Below, piece by piece: positions 56,011 through 64,000 of a stretch of 64,000 nucleotides of DNA. Below the pieces are notes generated by a model that ran no database searches, had not been told where the DNA came from, and saw only the letters and a list, made by a program, of their open reading frames with translations. A program made the translations under genes and the position numbers. The DNA is from a virus. The first letter of the stretch is position 1. Each line of letters starts with the position of its first letter. Where the stretch lies: IMG/VR virus record IMGVR_UViG_3300043399_000524, positions 32,001 to 96,000 of that record. The stretch is one strand, 5' to 3'.

Positions 56011-56811
56011 ATGTCTATACCATCAATAACACCAAACATTCTTTCTACTCCCAATGGCATGACATTGGAAGAGCTAAAACAAGGATTATTTCAAAATCTA
56101 CGTTATCGTTTAGGTGACGGAATCATCGACTTAGAATTAGATCCGCAACATTTTGAAGCGGCGTTTAACTATGCTATAAAAGTATATCGTCAAAGAGCGC
56201 AAAACTCTACCGCAGAATCATATACCTTGATGACAACAATCAAGGATATTGACACATATACATTGCCACAAGAATTTATTAACGTCAGAGCAATTTTCAG
56301 ACGTACAGTTGGTCTTGAGACAGGCCCTAGTTCTACTAGCTTTGACCCATTCTCAAGTGCTATTCTAAACACATACTTACTCAATTACAACTGGGCTGGC
56401 GGTATGGCAACATACGATTTTTACGCCGGCTATGTTGAATTAGCTGCACGTATGTTCGGTGGATATGTCATCTACACTTTTGATCCTGTAACAAAAGTAT
56501 TGCGTATTGTTCGTGACCCGAAAGGAACAGGAGAACGTGTTCTAATATGGGCGGACGTTCAAAGACCTGAAATTGTACTATTACAAGATCCAGGAGCAGG
56601 TGTTTGGATTGGTGACTTTACATTAGCAACACTAAAGATAATCATCGGTGAAGCCCGTGAGAAGTTCGGAACAATCGCTGGTCCAGGCGGCGGCACAACA
56701 CTAAACGGTACAGCCATGAAGTCAGAAGGAACCGCCCTACAAGCACAATTAATTGACGAACTCAAGCGTTACGTTGATTACAGTCAGCCGTTAACTTGGG
56801 TCCAAGGTTAA
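56011..56811 (+). CDS. neck protein (T4 gp13-like)
   Basis: LG..IIDLEL..., GEAREKF, PGGGTTLNG; late promoter upstream. Confidence 0.7.
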   Translation: MSIPSITPNILSTPNGMTLEELKQGLFQNLRYRLGDGIIDLELDPQHFEAAFNYAIKVYRQRAQNSTAESYTLMTTIKDIDTYTLPQEFINVRAIFRRTVGLETGPSSTSFDPFSSAILNTYLLNYNWAGGMATYDFYAGYVELAARMFGGYVIYTFDPVTKVLRIVRDPKGTGERVLIWADVQRPEIVLLQDPGAGVWIGDFTLATLKIIIGEAREKFGTIAGPGGGTTLNGTAMKSEGTALQAQLIDELKRYVDYSQPLTWVQG

Positions 56812-56874
56812 CCTAAACACTTTTCTTTGTCACGCTCCTGTCATAGAATAAGTATCTCTGACAGGAGTTTCCAT

Positions 56875-57504
56875 ATGATTTTAGGTGTAACTGGACGTAT
56901 AGGTTCTGGCAAGGATACAATTGCAGATTATCTATGTACATTTCACGGATTTAAAAGAGTTAGTTTTGCAGCGTCATTGAAAGATGCTGTAGCAGCAGTG
57001 TTTAATTGGGACAGAGAATTGCTTGAAGGGTCTACTAAATCAAGCAGAGAATGGCGAGAACAAATAGACGAGTGGTGGTCTGACAGACTAGGAATGAATA
57101 TTACTCCTAGATGGGTTCTTCAATATTGGGGTACAGACGTTCTTAGAAACAATTTTCACAGTGATATATGGGTTGCTAGCGTAGAAAACAAACTACGAAC
57201 TACTAAAGACAATATAGTGATAACCGACTGCCGTTTTGCTAATGAAGTCGAAGCGATCAAAAGAGCAGGCGGAATTACTTGCAGAGTTGAGCGCGGTGAA
57301 CTACCCGAGTGGTACCAATATGCCATAGATCATAATAAAGGCCCCTCACATGTGGGCTGGTCATTAGGAAAATCTCGCCTTGACAAACTAAAAATACATG
57401 CTAGTGAATATTCTAGTGTTGGTCTAGAATATGATTATTATATTGATAACAATAATACTATTGACGATTTACACAAACAAATCAACTCAATAATCAACTT
57501 CTAA
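56875..57504 (+). CDS. deoxynucleoside monophosphate kinase (T4 gp1-like)
   Basis: GRIGSGKDT, SFAASLKD, PRWVLQYWGT, ITDCRF.NE, HASE. Confidence 0.9.
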   Translation: MILGVTGRIGSGKDTIADYLCTFHGFKRVSFAASLKDAVAAVFNWDRELLEGSTKSSREWREQIDEWWSDRLGMNITPRWVLQYWGTDVLRNNFHSDIWVASVENKLRTTKDNIVITDCRFANEVEAIKRAGGITCRVERGELPEWYQYAIDHNKGPSHVGWSLGKSRLDKLKIHASEYSSVGLEYDYYIDNNNTIDDLHKQINSIINF

Positions 57505-57831
57505 GTCACCTCTGCGCCAGGTAACTTCTTTTTTCTTTACAACCTCAACGCAGTTTAGACAGATACTACGTAGATTGGTAAACTTACAGTTATCTAAGTT
57601 TCCGTCAATGTGAAACACTGTAATTTGAGTAGGTAGTACACTTTTAAAGCCACATAAATCACATGTGGCTTTTTTCTTATATCCTGCAGCCTGCCACCTA
57701 GAAGTTCTAGGTTTTTGTTTATTCTTTTTGCGACCACATTCATCACATATACTTCTATAGTGGGTAGTCCCGTTACGCACATAATTTATAGCACAAAGAT
57801 TTTTGTTACAGTGCTTACATATTGGTCTCAT
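57487..57831 (-). CDS. HNH-type Zn-binding endonuclease-like protein
   Basis: CxxC pairs; FHIDGN..N...NL..IC.NC; CTAAATA 4 nt before ATG. Confidence 0.7.
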   Translation of the reverse strand: MRPICKHCNKNLCAINYVRNGTTHYRSICDECGRKKNKQKPRTSRWQAAGYKKKATCDLCGFKSVLPTQITVFHIDGNLDNCKFTNLRSICLNCVEVVKKKEVTWRRGDLEVDY

Positions 57832-57951
57832 GTTATATTTAGCAACTAACCTTCGAAGGTACGGTAAACCCATTATTTTTTCATTTTTAACTAAATAATA
57901 GTATGCATTTTAGGTGGTAAACCTCATAATTTTACATAAAGGAAAAACAAA

Positions 57952-60900
57952 ATGGCATTAGTATCTCCAGGCGTAGAAGTTACAATCACAGACCAAAGTC
58001 AGTATCTTCCAGCCCCAACAAATTCAGTCCCTCTAGTCGTTTTAGCAACAGCGCAAAACAAAGCTAATGCTAGTGGTACGGGTGTAGCAGCCGCAACAAC
58101 TGCTGCAAACGCAAATAAATTATATCAAGTAACAAGTCAGCGTGATTTAGTTAACTTATACGGAAAGCCGTTCTTTTACACAACAACCAATGGTACTCCT
58201 ATTCAAGGTTATGAATTAAACGAATATGGTCTATTAGCGGCATATTCATTATTGGGAGTTACAAACCGTTGTTACGTACTCCGCGCTGATGTTGATTTAG
58301 CTAGTTTAGTTGGTCAGACAAGCCGTCCAACTGGTGCACCAGAAAATAATACTTATTGGCTAAATACCTCAACATCTACATGGGGTATCTATGAATTTAA
58401 TTCTACAACTGGCTCGTTTACACTTCAAAATCCTATTGTAATTACAGACTCTGGTTCGTTGTCTGGTGGTTTTCCTCTAGATAGCATAGGAAATATAGGC
58501 GATTACGCCGTTAACGCTATTCAACCAATCGGGGCGCCTGCTGCAACGACACCGAAGACATTTTTCTATAAAACTTCAAACAATGTTTGGGTAACTTTAG
58601 GTGGTGGCGCCTGGAGATCAGATATACCTACTGTACAAGGTACTATTTCTAATCCAACACTAAGTCCAACTAGTAATTTTACTATCAATGTAAGTGGAAT
58701 TTGGACAGCTACTGTGAGCGTTGTAGGAACTTCAGTTAATGACGTTGCTACTGCTATTAACAACTTAAACACGCCTACAGTTATTGCTAGAGTTGTAAGT
58801 GGAAAATTACAAATCTTATCAAACCAAATTACATCATCAGGAATACCTTCAATCGTATTAACAGACGGAACAAATACTCCATTGGCTAATTTGGGTATTG
58901 ATGCTGGTACTTATTATCAGCCTGCTCTTGCGTATGGAACTTCCGCACAAATGCCATTATGGTCAGCAAGTCAAACATATCCTAGACCAACAGGTTCAGT
59001 ATGGATTAAAATCGGTATTGCTGGAAATGGTTTATATCCTCAACTATCACAATATAAAACTTCTACAGCGTCTTGGACAACAAAAAATGTTTCACAGTAT
59101 AATTCTGATTGGGCAGCCATTGCTAATTTAGACTCTACTGGCGGCGCCCTTATCCCTGCTGGAACAATCTATGGTCAATATGATTTTGATGGACAGATAT
59201 TGACTTCCCCTTACTATTTGTGGGAAAGAATTGCAACAGGTCCTACTGTTGTTACCGGTGATAATAATAGTCCTCTATTCAACTCTACAAATTTAGGAAC
59301 TGCAGGCCCTTATACTTTAAATTTAAGAGTTAGTGTTCCCGCAAGTACTTCATTATCATCAGTATATACAGTTACAATACCTAATAATGCTGACGCTACT
59401 GATTTTGTTACAGCATGGTTCGCAGCAAATATACCATATACATCTGCTAGTGTAACAACAGATGGTGCTATTCAATTGACTCATACAGAAGGAGGCGTAA
59501 TTATATTAGGCGACTTGTCAAACCAAGTAAGTAATGGAGTTATCGCTGAAGCTGGATTTTCGATTGGTTCGACACCAGGTGTAAAATATGGACCAGTGAA
59601 TCAATATTCATGGACTAATCTTGCATCATCAGGCGGAAGTGGTACTGGGGCAAGATTTGATGTGCTAGGAATCGGTGCCGCTTATTATCTAAATGGAGAT
59701 GGAATTAATGTAGGTGGTAGTGGATATACCGTAGGGGATATCATTACTATTAGTGGTACTATCCTAAGTGGTTCCTCCCCGGCAAATGACTTAAGATTAG
59801 TGGTGACATCTGTAGGTGCATCTAATGCTGTTACAGGAGTCGCATATTATTCAGGTAGTGGTGTGGGCGGATATACTACTCAATTGAGTAATTGGGTAGA
59901 ATTTGCTTATACTAGCAACGAAGGTGCCCCTGTAATTAATCCTGTAAACAATACCAATTGGTTCTACTCAGTAATCGATGAAGTCGATATCATGGTTCAA
60001 AAGAACGGTTCTTGGGTTGGTTATAGAACAACTGCTTATGATTTTAACGGACATCCGGCAGCTAGTGGATCTGCAAACACTGATCCAAACGGACCTATTA
60101 TTTCAGGATCTGCGCCTACTACACAAAGTGATGGTACATCGCTTGTTTGGGGTGATCTATGGATAGACACAAGTGATTTAGAACTATATCCTGTTATATA
60201 TCGTTGGCAAGAGGTTAATGGTATCGATCAGTGGGTACTAATAAACAATACAGACCAAGTTAGCCAAAATGGTATAGTATTTGCTGACGCTCGTTGGTCT
60301 AGTTCTGGTGCTATTGATCCTACAAATGATCCCATACCAACAATTACTAGTTTATTAACAAGTAACTATATTGATTTAGATGCACCGGAGCCAACTTTAT
60401 ATCCACAAGGCATGTTGTTGTTTAACACTCGTCGTAGTGGTTACAATGTAAAACAGTTTAGAACTAACTATTTTACTGGTGCTAATTATCCAGATGCAGG
60501 ATCATATAATCCAGCACAACCTACTAATACTAGTAACTTACCGGCGTACAGCTATACATGGGTTTCTGTAAGTGGTAATCAAGCAAACGGCGCCCCTTAT
60601 ATGGGCCGCAAAGCGCAGCGTGCAATGGTAGTCCAATCTTTGAGAGCCGCTATTGATACTAACTTAGCGATACGTGATGAAGATAATTATTTTAACTTAA
60701 TTGCTTCACCTAACTACCCTGAATTACAACCTAACATGGTTGTATTGAATGCGGATCGTGGTGAAACAGCATTTATCGTTGGTGACACCCCATTGGGTCT
60801 ACCTGATGATGCTACTGCAATTCAAGCCTGGGCAACTAATGCAGCAGGTGCAACAAGTACAGGAGAAGAAGGCTTAGTAACACGCAACACATATTTAGGT

Positions 60901-61548
60901 TTGTTCTATCCAAGTGGAATTACTAACGATTTAGATGGCAACGAAGTTGTTGTACCAGCAAGTCACATGATGTTACGAACAATATTAAACAGTGATACTA
61001 AATCTTATCCTTGGTTAGCACCTGCAGGTACTCGTCGTGGTAACATTGATAACGCATTGAATATTGGTTACTTAGACCGCGATACCGGAGAATTTGTTGC
61101 TATTAAAACACGAATTGGTATCCGCGATGTTCTATATATTAATCAAATCAACCCAATGGTATTCTTTACTGGTGTTGGATTGTTGAACTATGGTAACAAA
61201 GTAAGTTTCAACTCACAATCTGCGTTAGATAGAATCAACGTTGCTCGTTTGATTAACTATGTACGTCGTCAGTTGACAATTGCTGCTCGTCCGTTTGTAT
61301 TCGAACCTAATGACCAGCTAACACGTAATGAAATAGCAGGAGTTGTACAAACATTAATGGTTGACTTAGTTGCTAAACGAGGTATTTACGACTATCTAGT
61401 TGTATGTGACGAAAGTAACAATACACCGGCTCGTATTGATAGAAACGAACTATGGATTGATGTTGCAATTGAGCCAGTCAAGGCTGCTGAATTCATCTAT
61501 ATCCCTGTTCGTGTATTGAATACAGGTGAAATTTCAGGTGTAGTTTAA
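57952..61548 (+). CDS. gp18: contractile tail sheath protein (gp18-like), enlarged
   Basis: MALVSPGV; C-terminal WLAPAG.RRG, INP, RINVARL, FEPND, IDRNEL..D..I.P.KAAEFI. Confidence 0.95.
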   Translation: MALVSPGVEVTITDQSQYLPAPTNSVPLVVLATAQNKANASGTGVAAATTAANANKLYQVTSQRDLVNLYGKPFFYTTTNGTPIQGYELNEYGLLAAYSLLGVTNRCYVLRADVDLASLVGQTSRPTGAPENNTYWLNTSTSTWGIYEFNSTTGSFTLQNPIVITDSGSLSGGFPLDSIGNIGDYAVNAIQPIGAPAATTPKTFFYKTSNNVWVTLGGGAWRSDIPTVQGTISNPTLSPTSNFTINVSGIWTATVSVVGTSVNDVATAINNLNTPTVIARVVSGKLQILSNQITSSGIPSIVLTDGTNTPLANLGIDAGTYYQPALAYGTSAQMPLWSASQTYPRPTGSVWIKIGIAGNGLYPQLSQYKTSTASWTTKNVSQYNSDWAAIANLDSTGGALIPAGTIYGQYDFDGQILTSPYYLWERIATGPTVVTGDNNSPLFNSTNLGTAGPYTLNLRVSVPASTSLSSVYTVTIPNNADATDFVTAWFAANIPYTSASVTTDGAIQLTHTEGGVIILGDLSNQVSNGVIAEAGFSIGSTPGVKYGPVNQYSWTNLASSGGSGTGARFDVLGIGAAYYLNGDGINVGGSGYTVGDIITISGTILSGSSPANDLRLVVTSVGASNAVTGVAYYSGSGVGGYTTQLSNWVEFAYTSNEGAPVINPVNNTNWFYSVIDEVDIMVQKNGSWVGYRTTAYDFNGHPAASGSANTDPNGPIISGSAPTTQSDGTSLVWGDLWIDTSDLELYPVIYRWQEVNGIDQWVLINNTDQVSQNGIVFADARWSSSGAIDPTNDPIPTITSLLTSNYIDLDAPEPTLYPQGMLLFNTRRSGYNVKQFRTNYFTGANYPDAGSYNPAQPTNTSNLPAYSYTWVSVSGNQANGAPYMGRKAQRAMVVQSLRAAIDTNLAIRDEDNYFNLIASPNYPELQPNMVVLNADRGETAFIVGDTPLGLPDDATAIQAWATNAAGATSTGEEGLVTRNTYLGLFYPSGITNDLDGNEVVVPASHMMLRTILNSDTKSYPWLAPAGTRRGNIDNALNIGYLDRDTGEFVAIKTRIGIRDVLYINQINPMVFFTGVGLLNYGNKVSFNSQSALDRINVARLINYVRRQLTIAARPFVFEPNDQLTRNEIAGVVQTLMVDLVAKRGIYDYLVVCDESNNTPARIDRNELWIDVAIEPVKAAEFIYIPVRVLNTGEISGVV

Positions 61549-61549
61549 C

Positions 61550-61571
61550 AAGATGCCCTTAGGGGCATCTT
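61550..61571 (+). terminator. C(UUAG)G hairpin after sheath
   Basis: AAGATGCCC-TTAG-GGGCATCTT. Confidence 0.7.
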
Positions 61572-61606
61572 ATAATTAAGATAAATAGTATACAGGAGAA
61601 ATAAAA

Positions 61607-62242
61607 ATGGCAACAGCCTCTCAATCATTATTCAACATGACCGTCGCTAGCGATAATGCAGGTGGCAACCAAGGTCTGTTGATGCCAAAATTACAATACC
61701 GTTTCAGAGTTAATTTCTTAAATTTCGGTGTTGGTCAAACAGTTGAGTTAACAAAACAAGTAATTGATGTCACTCGTCCCCAAGTTAGCTTCGGGGAAAT
61801 TACTATCCCAGTTTATAACTCTACCTTGTATCTTGCTGGTCGTCACGAATGGCAAGCGTTGACTATTAACGTTAGAGATGACGCACAAGGTCAAGTTTCT
61901 AAATTAGTTGGTCAACAATTGCAGAAACAATTAGATTTTGTTGAACAAGCAAGCGCCGCAACAGGACAAGATTATAAGTTTCAAACAAACATTGAAATAT
62001 TAGACGGTGGTAATGGTACTGTTGCACCGCAAGTATTAGAAACTTGGGAAGTTTATGGATGTTTCTTGCAACAAGCAAACTACAATAATTTGGCATACAG
62101 TGCAAACGAAGCAGTTACAATTGCCCTAACAATTCGCTTTGATAATGCAATACAGAGTCCTCTAACTTCTGGTGTTGGCACAAGCATTGGTCGTGTATTA
62201 GGTGGTGCTACTGTAACAGGTATTGGCGCGCCACAAGGCTAA
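61607..62242 (+). CDS. gp19: tail tube protein (gp19-like)
   Basis: PK..YRFRV, W.....RDD, W..YGCF; follows sheath. Confidence 0.85.
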   Translation: MATASQSLFNMTVASDNAGGNQGLLMPKLQYRFRVNFLNFGVGQTVELTKQVIDVTRPQVSFGEITIPVYNSTLYLAGRHEWQALTINVRDDAQGQVSKLVGQQLQKQLDFVEQASAATGQDYKFQTNIEILDGGNGTVAPQVLETWEVYGCFLQQANYNNLAYSANEAVTIALTIRFDNAIQSPLTSGVGTSIGRVLGGATVTGIGAPQG

Positions 62243-62257
62243 TATCAAGGCAGATAC

Positions 62258-63481
62258 ATGAGTGGATTTTTTCAAAATTTATTAAAAGATACCGTAAAGG
62301 GTTTTTTTGGTAATGAATATGTAAGAGATTATACTCATGCTGCCAAAACTTTTAGGTCGAATGCATATCAATACGCACCTAAATTAAAATTTTTATTTCA
62401 TGTATACTTTGAAATTAACCCTGCTGTCTATGCCAAAGGCATAGCCCAGGGTTCTAATTTTGGTCTTGCTGTAAAAACAATCGATTTACCTAAATATTCG
62501 ATTGATACAGCAATCATGAACCAATACAACAGAAAAAGACTAGTACAAACTAAAATTAAGTATCAACCCATTACCGTAGTATTCCATGATGATAACGGTA
62601 ATATAGTCAACGATATGTGGTATAATTATTATACCTATTACTTTCAAGATGCGAATAAACCAGTAGTATCAAGTGCAGGTAGACAAACCACTAATGTCAG
62701 TAACAGTGGTTCAATCGATTTTAATTCTAGAAACTTATACAAACCTGATATATCAGGAGACGAAGATTGGGGATTCATTGGAGAAACTAGTACCCCCGCC
62801 GGAACAGCTAGCCAATTGGCACAGGGTATAAGTAAAATTCCTTTCTTTAAAAGTATACAAATATTTGGATTTAACCAACATAATTTTATACAGTACACAT
62901 TAATTAATCCAGTAATCACGGCGTTTAACCACGATACATATGATTATAGTCAAGGCAATGGCACCATGTCAAATACAATGACAATTGACTATGAAACAGT
63001 TAAATATGCAGAGGGTGCGCTCGACGGCAGATCGCCAAGTAATATTGTCACTGGTTTTGGATTGGACGCAAATTATGACAGGACACCAAGTCCTATTCAG
63101 CGTCCCGGTGCTAATGGTACTATATTAGGTCAAGGTGGATTAGTAGATGCAGCGGGTGGTTTTATTAATGATTTGTCGAATGGAAACATATTGGGTGCAA
63201 TTCGTACTGCCGGAACTGCATATAATACTTTTAAAAATAAAGACTTAAAGCAAATAGCAACTTCTGATGTAAATTCTATTTTAACCAATGCGGTACAGCA
63301 ACAACTACCGAGCGCCGTAAGAACAAATACATATTATCCCGGTTATGGGACAACTCCAAATAATGTTGCCGGCGCACCAAACTCAGGCCTTTCACAACCA
63401 CCACAAATTTCAAGTACAGGAACGGGTGTCAATACAGCAGTACAACCCGCCGGCAAACAAACTATTCCTGGTCAAAAATAA
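62258..63481 (+). CDS. tail tube-like protein (gp48/gp54/gp19 paralogue)
   Basis: PKLKFLF, IDLPKY, YQPI..VFHDD, TIDYE. Confidence 0.6.
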   Translation: MSGFFQNLLKDTVKGFFGNEYVRDYTHAAKTFRSNAYQYAPKLKFLFHVYFEINPAVYAKGIAQGSNFGLAVKTIDLPKYSIDTAIMNQYNRKRLVQTKIKYQPITVVFHDDNGNIVNDMWYNYYTYYFQDANKPVVSSAGRQTTNVSNSGSIDFNSRNLYKPDISGDEDWGFIGETSTPAGTASQLAQGISKIPFFKSIQIFGFNQHNFIQYTLINPVITAFNHDTYDYSQGNGTMSNTMTIDYETVKYAEGALDGRSPSNIVTGFGLDANYDRTPSPIQRPGANGTILGQGGLVDAAGGFINDLSNGNILGAIRTAGTAYNTFKNKDLKQIATSDVNSILTNAVQQQLPSAVRTNTYYPGYGTTPNNVAGAPNSGLSQPPQISSTGTGVNTAVQPAGKQTIPGQK

Positions 63482-63510
63482 TCTTGCATAAATACTCTAC
63501 GGAGATTTAT

Positions 63511-63870
63511 ATGGCAAAAATTATTGATTCACGAACACAACTCGATCAAACAGTTCAAATTTTTGATGAATTCTATGAATTTAATTTAGTTGTAAGTGGT
63601 AGTGAATATGATATTGTTTTTTCATATTTCAAAAGTATCTGCGATACTACCCAAATTGCAGGAAATTTTACTGTCAAATTATTTAGAATTTCTCAAGAAA
63701 CTCAAATCCCTGTTTTAGACTTACTAAGATATATTCAAGGTAAAACACAGCTAGAAACAAATACCGTTATAGCATATTACCTAAACAGTTTTAAATCAAA
63801 AACTTCTCTTTATGGATTTGGTACTTTGCCACAACCAAATGAATCCGTTCAAAGAAACATAGTTCAATAA
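63511..63870 (+). CDS. hypothetical protein
   Basis: CATAAATA and GGAG SD before ATG 63511. Confidence 0.65.
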   Translation: MAKIIDSRTQLDQTVQIFDEFYEFNLVVSGSEYDIVFSYFKSICDTTQIAGNFTVKLFRISQETQIPVLDLLRYIQGKTQLETNTVIAYYLNSFKSKTSLYGFGTLPQPNESVQRNIVQ

Positions 63871-64000
63871 ATGGGTAACTGGGCACAAGGGACATTTGCT
63901 CCCAAGAATCCTGAAAAGTATGTAGGCAAACATGCTCCAAGATATCGTAGTGGCTGGGAACTAAGAGTAATGATGTTTTTAGATGAAAATAAACACATCA
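63871..64000 (+). CDS. head completion nuclease (T4 gp4-like), 3' truncated (not in ORF track)
   Basis: Hand translation MGNWAQGTFAPKNPEKYVGKHAPRYRSGWELRVMMFLDENKH matches gp4 PKN..KY.G....YRS.WE. Confidence 0.75.
   Translation, partial: MGNWAQGTFAPKNPEKYVGKHAPRYRSGWELRVMMFLDENKHI

Noticed and set aside
1-64000. Stop-codon reassignment, tRNA/rRNA genes, or diversity-generating retroelement
   Set aside because: Genes tile tightly under the standard code with TAA, TGA and TAG all used as stops; no cloverleaf or reverse transcriptase motif recognised by eye (tRNAscan not run)

Overview
The window is part of a large, AT-rich, contractile-tailed (distantly T4-like) dsDNA phage genome read in the standard genetic code. 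Structural and packaging genes include the terminase large subunit, a 1198-aa tail sheath, a tail tube and a tube-like paralogue, neck/completion proteins (gp13/14/15/4-like), a tail fibre with a 51-bp repeat, and a subtilase. T4-type replication and recombination genes include gp32-like SSB, UvsX, UvsY, UvsW, primase and DnaB-like helicase. Nucleotide-metabolism and auxiliary genes include DHFR, ThyA, dNMP kinase, MazG-like, Nudix, IscA, an NDP-sugar epimerase and a DegT aminotransferase. There are six free-standing homing-type endonucleases. Two promoter classes are readable: sigma70-type TTGACA-N17-TAyAAT/TATACT and about 20 T4-late-like (G/C/A)(A)TAAATA boxes. The candidate spanins and IscA point to a Gram-negative, probably proteobacterial, host (inference). 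The strongest oddities are: (1) a 190-aa miniature DnaE retaining all three catalytic aspartates, close to a stand-alone DEDD exonuclease; (2) three paralogous MRAREFIxE...FKGYK(R)K proteins carrying a T4-like capsid-targeting leader, translationally coupled around an Ntn hydrolase; (3) a tandem array of about 13 divergent small paralogues; (4) a recurring late-promoter-in-a-hairpin switch and two structured RNA leaders; (5) a protease-site-rich 758-aa protein with an exact 15-bp GVAE repeat. No tRNA, rRNA, CRISPR array, intron or intein was recognised. All family assignments come from motif recognition by eye; no searches were run.
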